From positions 259,837-323,836 of the forward strand of contig CAWJBC010000021.1 of the NCBI GenBank assembly GCA_963840975.1: a stretch of DNA of 64,000 bases. Direction: 5' to 3'. Positions 10,324-19,537 of this stretch are shown here, one piece after another. Origin of the DNA: an uncultured Bacteroidales bacterium (GTDB taxonomy: Bacteria > Bacteroidota > Bacteroidia > Bacteroidales > JAADJA01). Numbering within the stretch: the stretch's first letter is position 1; each line of letters opens with the position of its first letter. The position numbers and the translations under genes are program-made. A model generated the notes under the pieces. It was not told where the DNA came from. It saw only the letters and a program-made list of their open reading frames with translations, and did no database searches.

Positions 10324-11497
10324 AAAAATATATTTTATACTCGCCCTGCTGTCGTTTTTCGCTTGCAGAAAGGGCGAAATCATTGAACCCGATTTTTATT
10401 ATTGCAATTTCAATTTTGCTGACAGTAGTTCAACCAATCCAAACAACAACAAATATCAGTCACTAATAGATGGTATGACTTCAAGCGGTGTAGTTGGCAT
10501 TACAATGTCTGTTTATCACCCACAGACCGGAATGTGGACTGGAGCAAGCGGAAAAGCTGATTTACACAACAATGTTGATATGAAACCTTGCAATATTTCA
10601 CGGGTGGGTTCTACAGTGAAAATGTTTACAGCTACCACAGTATTGTTACTTATGGAAGAAGGGAAATTAAATCTGGATGATAAAATTTCTTCCTATTTGC
10701 AAGGAGATGTTATATCCAAAATTGAAAATGCAGACAAGGCCACTATTCGTCAATTGCTTCAACATTCAAGTGGTATATACAACTACATTCAAAATTTGAA
10801 ATTTCAAACTGCTTCCACCAATGATTTAATCAGAGAATGGCAACCTGACGACCTGTTAAAATACGCATTCAACCAAAAAGCTTACTTTCAGCCTGATGAG
10901 GATGTCCGATACTCAAACACAGGCTATATTTTGCTCGGATTATTAATTGAAAAAATTGAAGGGAAGCCATTTTACAAAGTCTTTGAAGAAAAATTATTTA
11001 ATCCACTGGGTTTAACATTAACAAAATTTGCTGCCGAAGATCCTGTTCCTGATGGAATAGTTAGAGGATATATTGATTTGTACAGCAATCTACAAGTTAT
11101 CGAAAGCACCTACTTTAGTGGCTGGGACTATTATACCGCCGATGGAGGTTTGATTTCAAATCCCTGCGATTTAAGCATTTTCTTTCAGGCATTAATGAAT
11201 GGACAAATAATAAATTCAGCTTCATTAAATAAAATGCTCGTATGGAAAGCGCCCAAAGAGCAATCGGCAGATTTTTTCCCGATCTTCTATGGATTAGGTA
11301 TTTTCAAAATCGAAACCCCCGGAGGAATCGCCTATATGCACAGTGGTGATGCAATTGGCTATTACGCAAATATGTTATATTTCCCGGCAGACAGCACGAC
11401 AATAATTTATGCAGCAAACAGCAATTATGGCAAAATTGACCAATATGTTTCAACAAAAGAAGCCATGGAAAAAATTATTGATGTAACGAAGGAATAA
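10316..11497 (+). CDS. Serine hydrolase, class C beta-lactamase/PBP4-like family, lipoprotein
   Basis: SxxK motif (STVK) and YxN motif (YSN). Leader MTKKIYFILALLSFFAC. Confidence 0.8.
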   Translation: MTKKIYFILALLSFFACRKGEIIEPDFYYCNFNFADSSSTNPNNNKYQSLIDGMTSSGVVGITMSVYHPQTGMWTGASGKADLHNNVDMKPCNISRVGSTVKMFTATTVLLLMEEGKLNLDDKISSYLQGDVISKIENADKATIRQLLQHSSGIYNYIQNLKFQTASTNDLIREWQPDDLLKYAFNQKAYFQPDEDVRYSNTGYILLGLLIEKIEGKPFYKVFEEKLFNPLGLTLTKFAAEDPVPDGIVRGYIDLYSNLQVIESTYFSGWDYYTADGGLISNPCDLSIFFQALMNGQIINSASLNKMLVWKAPKEQSADFFPIFYGLGIFKIETPGGIAYMHSGDAIGYYANMLYFPADSTTIIYAANSNYGKIDQYVSTKEAMEKIIDVTKE

Positions 11498-11658
11498 ATA
11501 GAATAACGGCTTAAAATGTACCAAAAAATTGCCCGGGGCATCCCGGAATAATCAATTTCAAATTTTCCTTGTTTCCTATAAATTGAACGCAAAAAGGAAT
11601 GCAGGTGCAGCCTTGCTGATCTAAGCCCGCGTCAAATGTCCGAAGCGAATTGCCAAAG

Positions 11659-12885
11659 TTAATTCTTCACAAATTTTGAACTTACCACACCGCCATGATG
11701 ATTTACAACCAGGGAATATACCCCTTTTGGGAAATGTTCAATATTCAGGTCATGGTAATTGCCAGGGTTTAGCCTTCCTGTCTCAAGTTTAGCACCATTC
11801 AGGTTGAAAATGCTGTAGATTGTGTTTTGATCCGTGACATCCAGAACAAAATGGATGGCTAAAGCTGAAGGATTGGGTAGGATATTCAAATAATTTTGTC
11901 TGATATTATGTAGATATGTACCCACTGTCAGGTCAGAATGCAGAATTAATCCGAGGCTCACCTTTGTGGCTTCAGCCAGGTATAGGAAATCACAATTCTC
12001 AGCTACGTCATTAATGGTATGGTAATTTGGATTGATGTAATGCTCCATAAAATAGATGCCTTGATAGCCTGCATCAAGGAAAGGCTGAATGTCACCCCCG
12101 ACCTGGTAAACCGGTTGCCATGAATAGGTATTCAGGGAAGTAAAATTCCCGATAATATAAATTGCCATTGAAGTGATAAGCGGTGACATTGTACTGTTGA
12201 ACAAATCAATCGTCCACGATCCATCGTTCCAGGCGATCATATCATTGTTGATTGCCATTGAAATGTCCCTACCTTCCGCCTGTGCCTCAGCAGCATAATG
12301 CTCAGTACCGGCATCTCCATAATTCATCAGTTCTTCGGCGGCTGATGCGAGGAAGATCAGGGTTTGCCCCGGTTGATAGCCCATTTCCATGATGACCCTT
12401 GCACACTCCAGCGTTGCAGCCGTTCCTGAAGCATTGTCATCAGCGCCCGGGGCAACGACCATTGGATCTGCATCCTGCACCACACAGTCGTAATGGCTTA
12501 CCAAAACAATCTCAATTTCCGGGGTCAAATTGCCCTCAATCCTTGCCTCAACATTGTACTGCCAGGTTGTTGTGTCAAATACCAAAAAAGGGGGCCAATT
12601 GATATATGTATTGCAGGGAAATGAATCGAGCCTGACCTCTTCTATACCATACGAAAGGAATTTGTTCATGATCCATGTTGCCACCTCTTTACGGTTCGGT
12701 GATATCATAAACCGCGTACCCATCTCCTGTAAGTCCTGCACATCATTTTGCATCGAGTCAGGGCTGATCAATGCCAGTGCAGCAACAATAAGGGAATCTG
12801 AATTTTGACAATGGGCCTTGTTTTCTAAAACTACACCGGCGACAGAGAACCCAAACAAAATGATAAGTGTAAATGCTTTTTTCAT
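11659..12885 (-). CDS. M28 family metallopeptidase with T9SS C-terminal sorting domain
   Basis: Motifs VSHYD and APGADDNASGTAA. The C-terminus LNILPNPS...FPKGVYSLVV...KFVKN is typical of a type A sorting domain. Confidence 0.8.
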   Translation of the reverse strand: MKKAFTLIILFGFSVAGVVLENKAHCQNSDSLIVAALALISPDSMQNDVQDLQEMGTRFMISPNRKEVATWIMNKFLSYGIEEVRLDSFPCNTYINWPPFLVFDTTTWQYNVEARIEGNLTPEIEIVLVSHYDCVVQDADPMVVAPGADDNASGTAATLECARVIMEMGYQPGQTLIFLASAAEELMNYGDAGTEHYAAEAQAEGRDISMAINNDMIAWNDGSWTIDLFNSTMSPLITSMAIYIIGNFTSLNTYSWQPVYQVGGDIQPFLDAGYQGIYFMEHYINPNYHTINDVAENCDFLYLAEATKVSLGLILHSDLTVGTYLHNIRQNYLNILPNPSALAIHFVLDVTDQNTIYSIFNLNGAKLETGRLNPGNYHDLNIEHFPKGVYSLVVNHHGGVVSSKFVKN

Positions 12886-13012
12886 ACTTTATAATTGTTT
12901 TCACTCTGAAAAGTAATTTTATTGCCGCCAAATTACAAAAACACCAAATCACACCAAAGTTGGGGGGCTGATTATTAAAGTTTTGTGTATTTTAGTGACT
13001 TCGTGTGTTAGT

Positions 13013-13061
13013 GGCATTTTCATTTTTTGATTTTTCGGAGCGGACTCATAATTTATACTTC
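13013..13061. repeat. Short dispersed intergenic repeat, copy 1 (partner at 24948-24990)
   Basis: The core ttgatttttcggagcggactca matches ttgacttttcggagtggactca at 20 of 22 positions (hand count). Both copies have a flanking ggcatttt and a tatttacttc-like tail. Confidence 0.6.
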
Positions 13062-13190
13062 AATGTTATCCTTAACTTCTTACAAAACTACAATCATTTA
13101 CTTTTTCGTCTTAAATTCAGTCAGGCATATTAAAAAACTGGCTGAAATTAGTTCCATTCCGATTGCATTTTTTAGTTTGTCAAAATAAGT

Positions 13191-13229
13191 AAAAAAAAGT
13201 CCGGAAGTCAATAGCAAATCAGTTTCCGG
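13191..13229 (-). terminator. Rho-independent terminator candidate for the 13365-13784 gene
   Basis: On the minus strand, ccggaa(17 nt)ttccgg is followed by ac and a T8 run. Confidence 0.45.
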
Positions 13230-13364
13230 TAGGTATGAATCAGTTTTCGTTGATTTTGTTTGATGTCAGTACCACACTTTCCATGATCGAATTTCATACA
13301 AGTCACCCTTGCTGTTTCTTTTTGGTTGCGGAGGTATATTCTCTTGAGTGATCCTTCAGAGGAT

Positions 13365-13784
13365 CTAATGACCAGAGTTGCTATTGATCAATACAAGGTA
13401 ATATAGCATTGTTTCAGGATCTTCCATATCCGGTTCATTTTGATAATTTTGCAGTAATCCGGGATACGACTCCAACATCTTTTTTAGTACAACCCTGTTC
13501 AGAGGTTTGGCTATACCAAATCTATTGTCGATAACATAAAGAACCTTGGTTTTTAAATTTTTTGCATTTCTATCTATAGCACCAATTGCTCCGCTGTATC
13601 TCCGCGTAGCACTTTGAACGGCTATATCCCCATTGTTAACCGGACCCCAAAAGCCAATATACTTTCCTTCGGTAATAACTTTGGCATACATCTTCTGAGC
13701 TTTCTGAATGAAACAATTCAAATAAAGGGTATCTCCTGTTGAAATTGCATAAATTTTCGCGCATAAACCCTTTTTGCAAATCAA
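13365..13784 (-). CDS. Hypothetical protein
   Basis: 139-aa ORF with a TTG start. No family recognised. Confidence 0.3.
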   Translation of the reverse strand: MICKKGLCAKIYAISTGDTLYLNCFIQKAQKMYAKVITEGKYIGFWGPVNNGDIAVQSATRRYSGAIGAIDRNAKNLKTKVLYVIDNRFGIAKPLNRVVLKKMLESYPGLLQNYQNEPDMEDPETMLYYLVLINSNSGH

Positions 13785-13822
13785 AATTGCCTTGATTTGG
13801 CGTCGAAAAACATAATCTGCAT

Positions 13823-14380
13823 TTAAAGACTGCCGTTGAAATTTACATCAAACTTTATTATTTTGTAATCAAAAGCGTACGCAATACCAATATATCCTCC
13901 GTCATTAGTTTTAATAATATTTCTAATTTCCTTACCATCAATAACTTTTACAATATTAAAAGTGGGGTTGATAGGTTCGTAAGTAGTAAAACTTATTTCA
14001 TTTCCATAAGCAGTTCCCACACTATTGGTTGCATACGCTTTAACAAAATATGTGGTGGCAGGGGTTAAATCAGTAATATGGCTAATATATTCACCTGAAC
14101 CTGTTCCATCTATGGTTTTATTGTCTGAAATGGTAGGATTTTGTAATGTACTCCAACACACACCTCTTGAAGTAATAGCCGAACCTCCGTCAGAAGTAAC
14201 ATTACCTCCACAAATTGAGGAGGTATATGAAATATTACTTATAGGTATCGTAGATAAGACAGGATTTGATAGAATATTGTTGGTATTCGTGTCTTCATCT
14301 TTATTACAACTACTCATAATAATTAATAGAATTTCAAATATTATAAAATAATATGCAAATTCAATTTTCTTTTTGTTCAT
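13823..14380 (-). CDS. Lipoprotein with Fn3-like domain common in Bacteroidota surface proteins
   Basis: Leader ending SSC. Domain GGNVTSDGGSAITSRGVCWS...NPT...TDLTPATTYFVKAYATNSVGTAYG. Confidence 0.5.
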   Translation of the reverse strand: MNKKKIEFAYYFIIFEILLIIMSSCNKDEDTNTNNILSNPVLSTIPISNISYTSSICGGNVTSDGGSAITSRGVCWSTLQNPTISDNKTIDGTGSGEYISHITDLTPATTYFVKAYATNSVGTAYGNEISFTTYEPINPTFNIVKVIDGKEIRNIIKTNDGGYIGIAYAFDYKIIKFDVNFNGSL

Positions 14381-14641
14381 TCAAGTATATTTTTCAGGAT
14401 TTCTAATTTTTTATATAAAATTATTTATGGACTTTTTATTATCATTCAGCTTGATTATAAAATTACGTCTAATAAAATTTTTTTTGGTTATAAAATAATC
14501 TTACCCAAAGTTAAATTATATTGTTTCATTTCTCAATTTTTAAATCGGTTCACCCCAGCAAATATATAAACTTCTTCAATAAACCAAATCAATTACAACT
14601 ATTTTTTATCACTCAGGGATTAACAGGCAGGGAGGAAGTCT

Positions 14642-14830
14642 GCAATAAGCAGTCAGCAGTCGGCAAACGAAACTCAGAACGCAAAACACAAAACAATGAG
14701 CAGTTGGCGATTGGCAAAGCGGAACGCAGAACGCAGAACCCAGAATACAAAACAATTTGCAGTCGGCAATCGGCAATGTGGAACTTAGAACACAAAACAT
14801 TCAGCGGTCTGCAGTCTGCAATATGCAGTA
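14642..14830. repeat. Degenerate tandem repeat, about 3.5 units of 45-58 bp
   Basis: Each unit is built from cagtcggcaa(t/a)cggcaa followed by gaac(g/t)(c/t)agaac and caaaaca. Confidence 0.65.
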
Positions 14831-14933
14831 TATGGGAAATTGGCAAATCAAAATTACTATTTTCGACATCGAAAAACAGGTTCAAAAATAAAAATACCGT
14901 ACACAGACGCAATTGGCGCGGGTTTCAAAAACC

Positions 14934-15050
14934 GATGACTGGATTCCTGACAAATCCTGACGGTTTTTCCCGCCTGAACGAGAAAGTCAGGCAGGTATCC
15001 CGTTATGAGTCTTAGCCTCCGTCTCCGCCTCTGCCTCCGCCTTACCCTTA
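14934..15050 (+). repeat. GC-rich composite intergenic repeat
   Basis: Imperfect palindrome atgactggattcctgac...gtcaggcaggtatcccgttat, followed by a ttagcctccgtctccgcctctgcctccgcc tract. 14987-15039 matches 16696-16748 at 42 of 53 positions without gaps (hand count). Confidence 0.6.
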
Positions 15051-15310
15051 ACCATAACCCAAAGATCACCGGCGAAGCGTTTATTTAAATAAGGATAACC
15101 TGCAAAAAATGGACTGTATTGCTTGATGAAATTAAAATTTAATAAATTTGGCATCAGCAATCACAGGAAATGAAACATCAGGTGAAAACAAACATGGCGA
15201 TTTTATCAGGGAATTAAGTTAGTATCATAACAATTTGCATCCAATTTTCTATAACTTTAATTACGATAAGGAGTGATGAAAAGAAGCAGAGTACTACAAA
15301 TAATAAATAA

Positions 15311-16462
15311 ATGAAAATAATTATTCTGTCAATTATTGGAATAGGATTAATGGGATTTAATAATTACATCAATGCCCAGCAAACTATTGCCGACACGATG
15401 ATGCATGATGGTGAAACAAGAAGTTATATTATTTATATTCCTGCTAATTATACCGGCAATGCTCCTGTCCCATTATTGTTCAACTTTCATGGGCGCACCG
15501 GGACTGCAACGCAGCAAATGAACTGGTGCGATTTCAGACCTATTGCAGATACGGCTGGTTTTATCATCGTGCATCCGCAGGGATTATTATTTAATGGAGT
15601 CACTTGCTGGAATGTGGGCGGTGAAGGCTTTACGCTCGGAATGACTACCGACGATATAGGTTTTACGGAAGCGATGATAGATACAATAGCCGGTCAATAT
15701 AATATTGACCTGACGAGAGTTTATAGCACCGGATATTCAAATGGAGGCTTTTTTAGTTTTGAATTGGCTTGTCAGCTCGGATATAATATTGCTGCAATTG
15801 CATCTGTGGGTGGTTCAATGACTCCCGAAACATTAGCCAATTGCAATCCTCAGCATCCCACGCCTGTTTTACAAATTCATGGTACTGACGATACAATTGT
15901 GCCCTACGACGGTGTGTCCTGGTCCGAGCCTGTAACCACTGCGATATCCTATTGGGTCAATTATAATAACACGGCAAGTATACCCATAGTCACCGTTGTT
16001 CCTGATATCAACACCTCGGATAGCAGTACTGTTGAGCATTACATCTATCAAAATGGGGATAGTTGTACATCTGTTGAACATTATAAAGTTATAGATGGAG
16101 GACATGACTGGCCGGGATCATGGGGAAATATGGATATTAACTCCAGTTCGTTAATATGGAGTTTTGTTTCTCAATATGATATCAACGGTAAAATCGGCAG
16201 TGCACCTATAGGGATGAATGAAAATATCAGCGAATTGATATTGTTCCAGGTTTTCCCCAATCCATCAAACGGACAGTTTACGATTTTTCTTCCTGATGAC
16301 AATACCGAACTTATTATTACGGATATGCTGGGACGGCAAATAATAAATACACGAACTTCTGAAAATACCGTTAATCTTCAAATTGACACCAAAGGAGTTT
16401 ACCTTGTCTACATCAGAACAAAACAAGGAATTACAACACGAAAACTCATTATTAACAAATAG
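15311..16462 (+). CDS. Alpha/beta-hydrolase esterase (PHB depolymerase/CE1-like family) with T9SS C-terminal sorting domain
   Basis: Motifs LLFNFHGR, nucleophile elbow GYSNGG and HGTDD. The C-terminus FPNPSNGQFTIFLPDD...KGVYLVYIRTKQGITTRKLIINK is a sorting domain. Confidence 0.7.
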   Translation: MKIIILSIIGIGLMGFNNYINAQQTIADTMMHDGETRSYIIYIPANYTGNAPVPLLFNFHGRTGTATQQMNWCDFRPIADTAGFIIVHPQGLLFNGVTCWNVGGEGFTLGMTTDDIGFTEAMIDTIAGQYNIDLTRVYSTGYSNGGFFSFELACQLGYNIAAIASVGGSMTPETLANCNPQHPTPVLQIHGTDDTIVPYDGVSWSEPVTTAISYWVNYNNTASIPIVTVVPDINTSDSSTVEHYIYQNGDSCTSVEHYKVIDGGHDWPGSWGNMDINSSSLIWSFVSQYDINGKIGSAPIGMNENISELILFQVFPNPSNGQFTIFLPDDNTELIITDMLGRQIINTRTSENTVNLQIDTKGVYLVYIRTKQGITTRKLIINK

Positions 16463-16559
16463 CAAAAGATAGAGCAATAAAGGATTACAGCGCTTGTAGT
16501 AATTTGGCAGTTCAGTTAGGAGATAGGAATTCCGGATGGGGTTCCTTTTTTGCTGGGTG

Positions 16560-16750
16560 AAGGCGAGGGTAAGGAGGCCGGGGTGATGAGGTGGTTAGTG
16601 TTAGGTGGGAACAGGAAATGCCTTTGTGACGACGAAGCATTCTTACACAAGCCCGCCTGTCCCCCCGTTCCGGAACGGACGGGAATGACGCAGCTGGGCA
16701 GGCAGGAATCCAGTCATGATCCTTAGCCTGCGCCTCAGCCTCCTCCTCCA
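16560..16750 (+). repeat. GC-rich composite intergenic repeat
   Basis: Contains gagggtaaggaggcc, the perfect 14-nt palindrome ccgttccggaacgg, then ggcaggcaggaatccagtcatgatccttagcctgcgcctcagcctcctcc. This aligns with the 14987-15039 copy. Confidence 0.6.
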
Positions 16751-16868
16751 TCAATTCAGGGATCAACTGAATATAACTTGCCTGATTGTGTTAAATTACC
16801 CATATACTTCCAGGCTTTACTTTTATAAATCTTTATAACTATAAATCAAAAATATAAATAGAGAATAT

Positions 16869-16876
16869 TATATTTG
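16869..16876 (+). promoter_or_regulatory. Bacteroidota -7 promoter box candidate (TAnnTTTG)
   Basis: tatatttg ends 17 nt upstream of the ATG at 16893. Confidence 0.3.
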
Positions 16877-16892
16877 TCAGGCAATTTTTTAC

Positions 16893-19439
16893 ATGAGAGT
16901 TTATTGTCATATAATATTTTCCTTTCTTTTAATGTTTGCCGCTCAAGCAGGGTATTCACAATGTGATACCCTCAACCTTGGGAGCGATACGCTATTGTGT
17001 GAAGGGACATTACTGGAGTTGGATGCAGGTGCAGGTTTTGTTTCATATCATTGGAATAACGGATCTACAGATCAATACCTATCAGTAAGCGAGCCGGGAG
17101 TCTACTGGTGTGATGTGGTTTATATTGATTCGACCAACCTTGTTATCAACGGGGATTTTAGCCAGGGGAATACTGGTTTCAGCACCAATTATGTTTTGGG
17201 CGGAGGAGGACCCTGGGGTATTCTTTCTGAGGAGGGAACCTATGTGATTGGCACGAATGCTGCTTTGACACACGTGAATTTTTCACCATGCGTTGACCAC
17301 ACCTCAGGCGACGGATTATACATGATTATTAACGGCGATACCGTGCAGGAAGAATTTGTCTGGTGCCAGACGGTTGATGTTGATCCGAATACAAATTATT
17401 TTTTCTCGGGATGGTTTACTTCTGTGCAGCCTGATAACCCTGCAATACTGAGTTATTTTATCAATGGAAGTATTATTGAAACTGTTCATCTTACAAGCAT
17501 CACCTGTCTTTGGCAAAATTTTATTAAGGACTGGAATTCGGGTACGAGCACTACGGCTGAAATTTGTATTCTCAATCAGAATACAGAACTTTCCGGGAAT
17601 GATTTCGGCATTGATGATATTCATCTTTTAAAATACTGTCCGTCATCCGATACCATTGTTATTGAATATATGCCCGCTCCTGAAGTGGATTTGGGAAACG
17701 ATACCCTTTTGTGCGCAGGGACGCTGATGCCGCTTTCTGCCGGTGAGGGATTTGCCTCTTACCTGTGGAATAACGGATCACCAAATTCTGTCGTGATGGT
17801 TAACCAGGCTGGGATGTACTGGGTGCAGGTAACTTCAGAATCAGGTTGTATCGGGGCTGATACAATATTTGTCGAATATACTGAAGAAATTGATCTAAAT
17901 CTTGGTAACGATACCACAATATGTGAACAAGCAAGCTTATTGCTGAGTGCAGGGGAGGGCTTTGCCGGTTATAACTGGTTCGATGGAAGCTCGGCGTCCA
18001 CCTATCTTGTAACTCAGCCCGGCACTTACTGGGTAAACGTGCTGAATAGTTTTGGTTGTACCGCAACCGATAGCATCAATATCGCGTTTTCAGCCGCTGC
18101 AAATGTCAGTCTGGGTGGCGATACTACGATATGCTCGAACGAAAATTATACCTTGAGTCCCGGTTCCGGGTTTGCAGGTTATTTATGGCAGGACGGCAGC
18201 ACTAATCCCTTTCACCAGGTTTCAGGTTCCGGGTATTATTGGGTGATCGTCACGGATGATAATGGTTGTTTGGGATCGGATACGGTTTCCATTGTTATAA
18301 TCCCTTCGCCGGTGGTAAGTTTGGGCAATGATACGACGCTTTGTACCGGAAGCAGTTTGTTACTGGATCCGGGCAGTCAGTATAGCTCGTATTTATGGCA
18401 GGACAACAGTACTTTGCCTTTTTTTACGGTAACCAGTCCGGGTTATTACAGTGTCACGGTTACCGAATACAATTGCCCGGCATCTGATGACATTTATGTC
18501 AATATTACTTCACCAGTTATTGATCTGGGAAATGATACACTATTGTGTTCCGGCGATACCCTTTACCTCAATCCGGGGCAGGGATACAGCAGTTATCTTT
18601 GGCAGGATAACTCAACAGAACCGGTGTACGAAGTTGTTGAAGGCGGAAACTACTTAGTCGTGGTTACCGATAGCTATAATTGTTCGTCGGAAGATACCGT
18701 GGAAATAACTTCACTTTTTAAGCCTGCTGCGGATTTGGGAGGAGATAAAGGGTTCTGTGAAGGGGGAAGTATTTTATTAGAGACTGCACAAGGCCCATAT
18801 TCCTATACCTGGAATGGTGAACCGGGAGATTATTATTTGGAAGTAGGGCAGGAAGGAACTTATACGGTGGAAGTTTCCAACGAATGCGGAAGTGTCAGTG
18901 ATCAGGTGGTAGTGACGGAATTTCCGGTTCCTTTAGTGAACCTTGGTTCCGATCAGGTGATACAACCCGGCGAAAGTATTCAGTTGGATGCAGGCGGTGG
19001 TTTCGATCAGTACATCTGGCAGGATGGTTCAGGCGGACAATACTTTATGGTTATAGCAGAGCAGATAGATACAGAAGATCCCTATTATTGGGTTGAGGTA
19101 TGGGAAGGTTTTTGCAAAAGCAGCGATACGGCGCGCATCGAAATGTTCAATGTAAAGGTCCCCATTGTGATCACACCGGACGGAGATGGATATAACGATA
19201 TCTTTTCACCTTATAAAGAAAGTTGGAGCGGTATTAACCGGAATCACATCATTATTTTCAACCGCTGGGGCGAAAAGGTTTGGGAATCGGATAACTTTGA
19301 GCAGGGCTGGGATGGAAAGCGTGATGGATACTACGTAGCAGATGGTACTTATTTCTGGATCCTTGACGTTTACTATGGAGAGAATGACCTTTCACAAACC
19401 ATAAAAGGATCTGTAACAGTATTGAATGCTGGCAATTAA
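16893..19439 (+). CDS. Large secreted repeat protein with gliding-motility-associated (type B, CHU_C-like) T9SS C-terminal domain
   Basis: C-terminus VPIVITPDGDGYNDIF...IFNRWGEKVWES...GWDGK..G..VADGTYFW. Eight copies of a roughly 60-aa LG.DT.LC......L.AG.GF.SY.W.DGS unit. A jelly-roll/CBM-like insert (NGDFSQGNTGF...) sits after the first unit. Confidence 0.8.
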   Translation: MRVYCHIIFSFLLMFAAQAGYSQCDTLNLGSDTLLCEGTLLELDAGAGFVSYHWNNGSTDQYLSVSEPGVYWCDVVYIDSTNLVINGDFSQGNTGFSTNYVLGGGGPWGILSEEGTYVIGTNAALTHVNFSPCVDHTSGDGLYMIINGDTVQEEFVWCQTVDVDPNTNYFFSGWFTSVQPDNPAILSYFINGSIIETVHLTSITCLWQNFIKDWNSGTSTTAEICILNQNTELSGNDFGIDDIHLLKYCPSSDTIVIEYMPAPEVDLGNDTLLCAGTLMPLSAGEGFASYLWNNGSPNSVVMVNQAGMYWVQVTSESGCIGADTIFVEYTEEIDLNLGNDTTICEQASLLLSAGEGFAGYNWFDGSSASTYLVTQPGTYWVNVLNSFGCTATDSINIAFSAAANVSLGGDTTICSNENYTLSPGSGFAGYLWQDGSTNPFHQVSGSGYYWVIVTDDNGCLGSDTVSIVIIPSPVVSLGNDTTLCTGSSLLLDPGSQYSSYLWQDNSTLPFFTVTSPGYYSVTVTEYNCPASDDIYVNITSPVIDLGNDTLLCSGDTLYLNPGQGYSSYLWQDNSTEPVYEVVEGGNYLVVVTDSYNCSSEDTVEITSLFKPAADLGGDKGFCEGGSILLETAQGPYSYTWNGEPGDYYLEVGQEGTYTVEVSNECGSVSDQVVVTEFPVPLVNLGSDQVIQPGESIQLDAGGGFDQYIWQDGSGGQYFMVIAEQIDTEDPYYWVEVWEGFCKSSDTARIEMFNVKVPIVITPDGDGYNDIFSPYKESWSGINRNHIIIFNRWGEKVWESDNFEQGWDGKRDGYYVADGTYFWILDVYYGENDLSQTIKGSVTVLNAGN

Positions 19440-19537
19440 TCCGATACTTGCGACATTCCGATATTCATAAGCCCATCAGCGTAAACGGGTTATCTTGTTT
19501 TGTTATTTATTAAACTTTAAATTTTAACTATTAAATC

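Noticed and set aside
13785-13847. Possible frameshift fusion of the lipoprotein gene (13823-14380) with the downstream ORF (13365-13784), whose open frames overlap.
   Set aside because: I can see no domain or motif continuity across the junction, unlike the other frame breaks, where family motifs continue in the new frame.
14642-14830. CRISPR-like periodicity.
   Set aside because: The units are degenerate and directly contiguous, with no unique spacers. The period varies from 45 to 58 bp. No cas genes are present in the window.
14521-15069. ORFs 14521-15015 (+), 14609-14800 (-), 14613-14912 (-) and 14857-15069 (-).
   Set aside because: These are low-complexity translations of the tandem and GC-rich repeats (for example RRRQRRRRRL and IADCR strings). 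They overlap each other on both strands and have no recognisable domain.
16512-16766. 84-aa ORF on the minus strand.
   Set aside because: It lies entirely within the GC-rich composite repeat, and its composition reflects the repeat rather than a protein.
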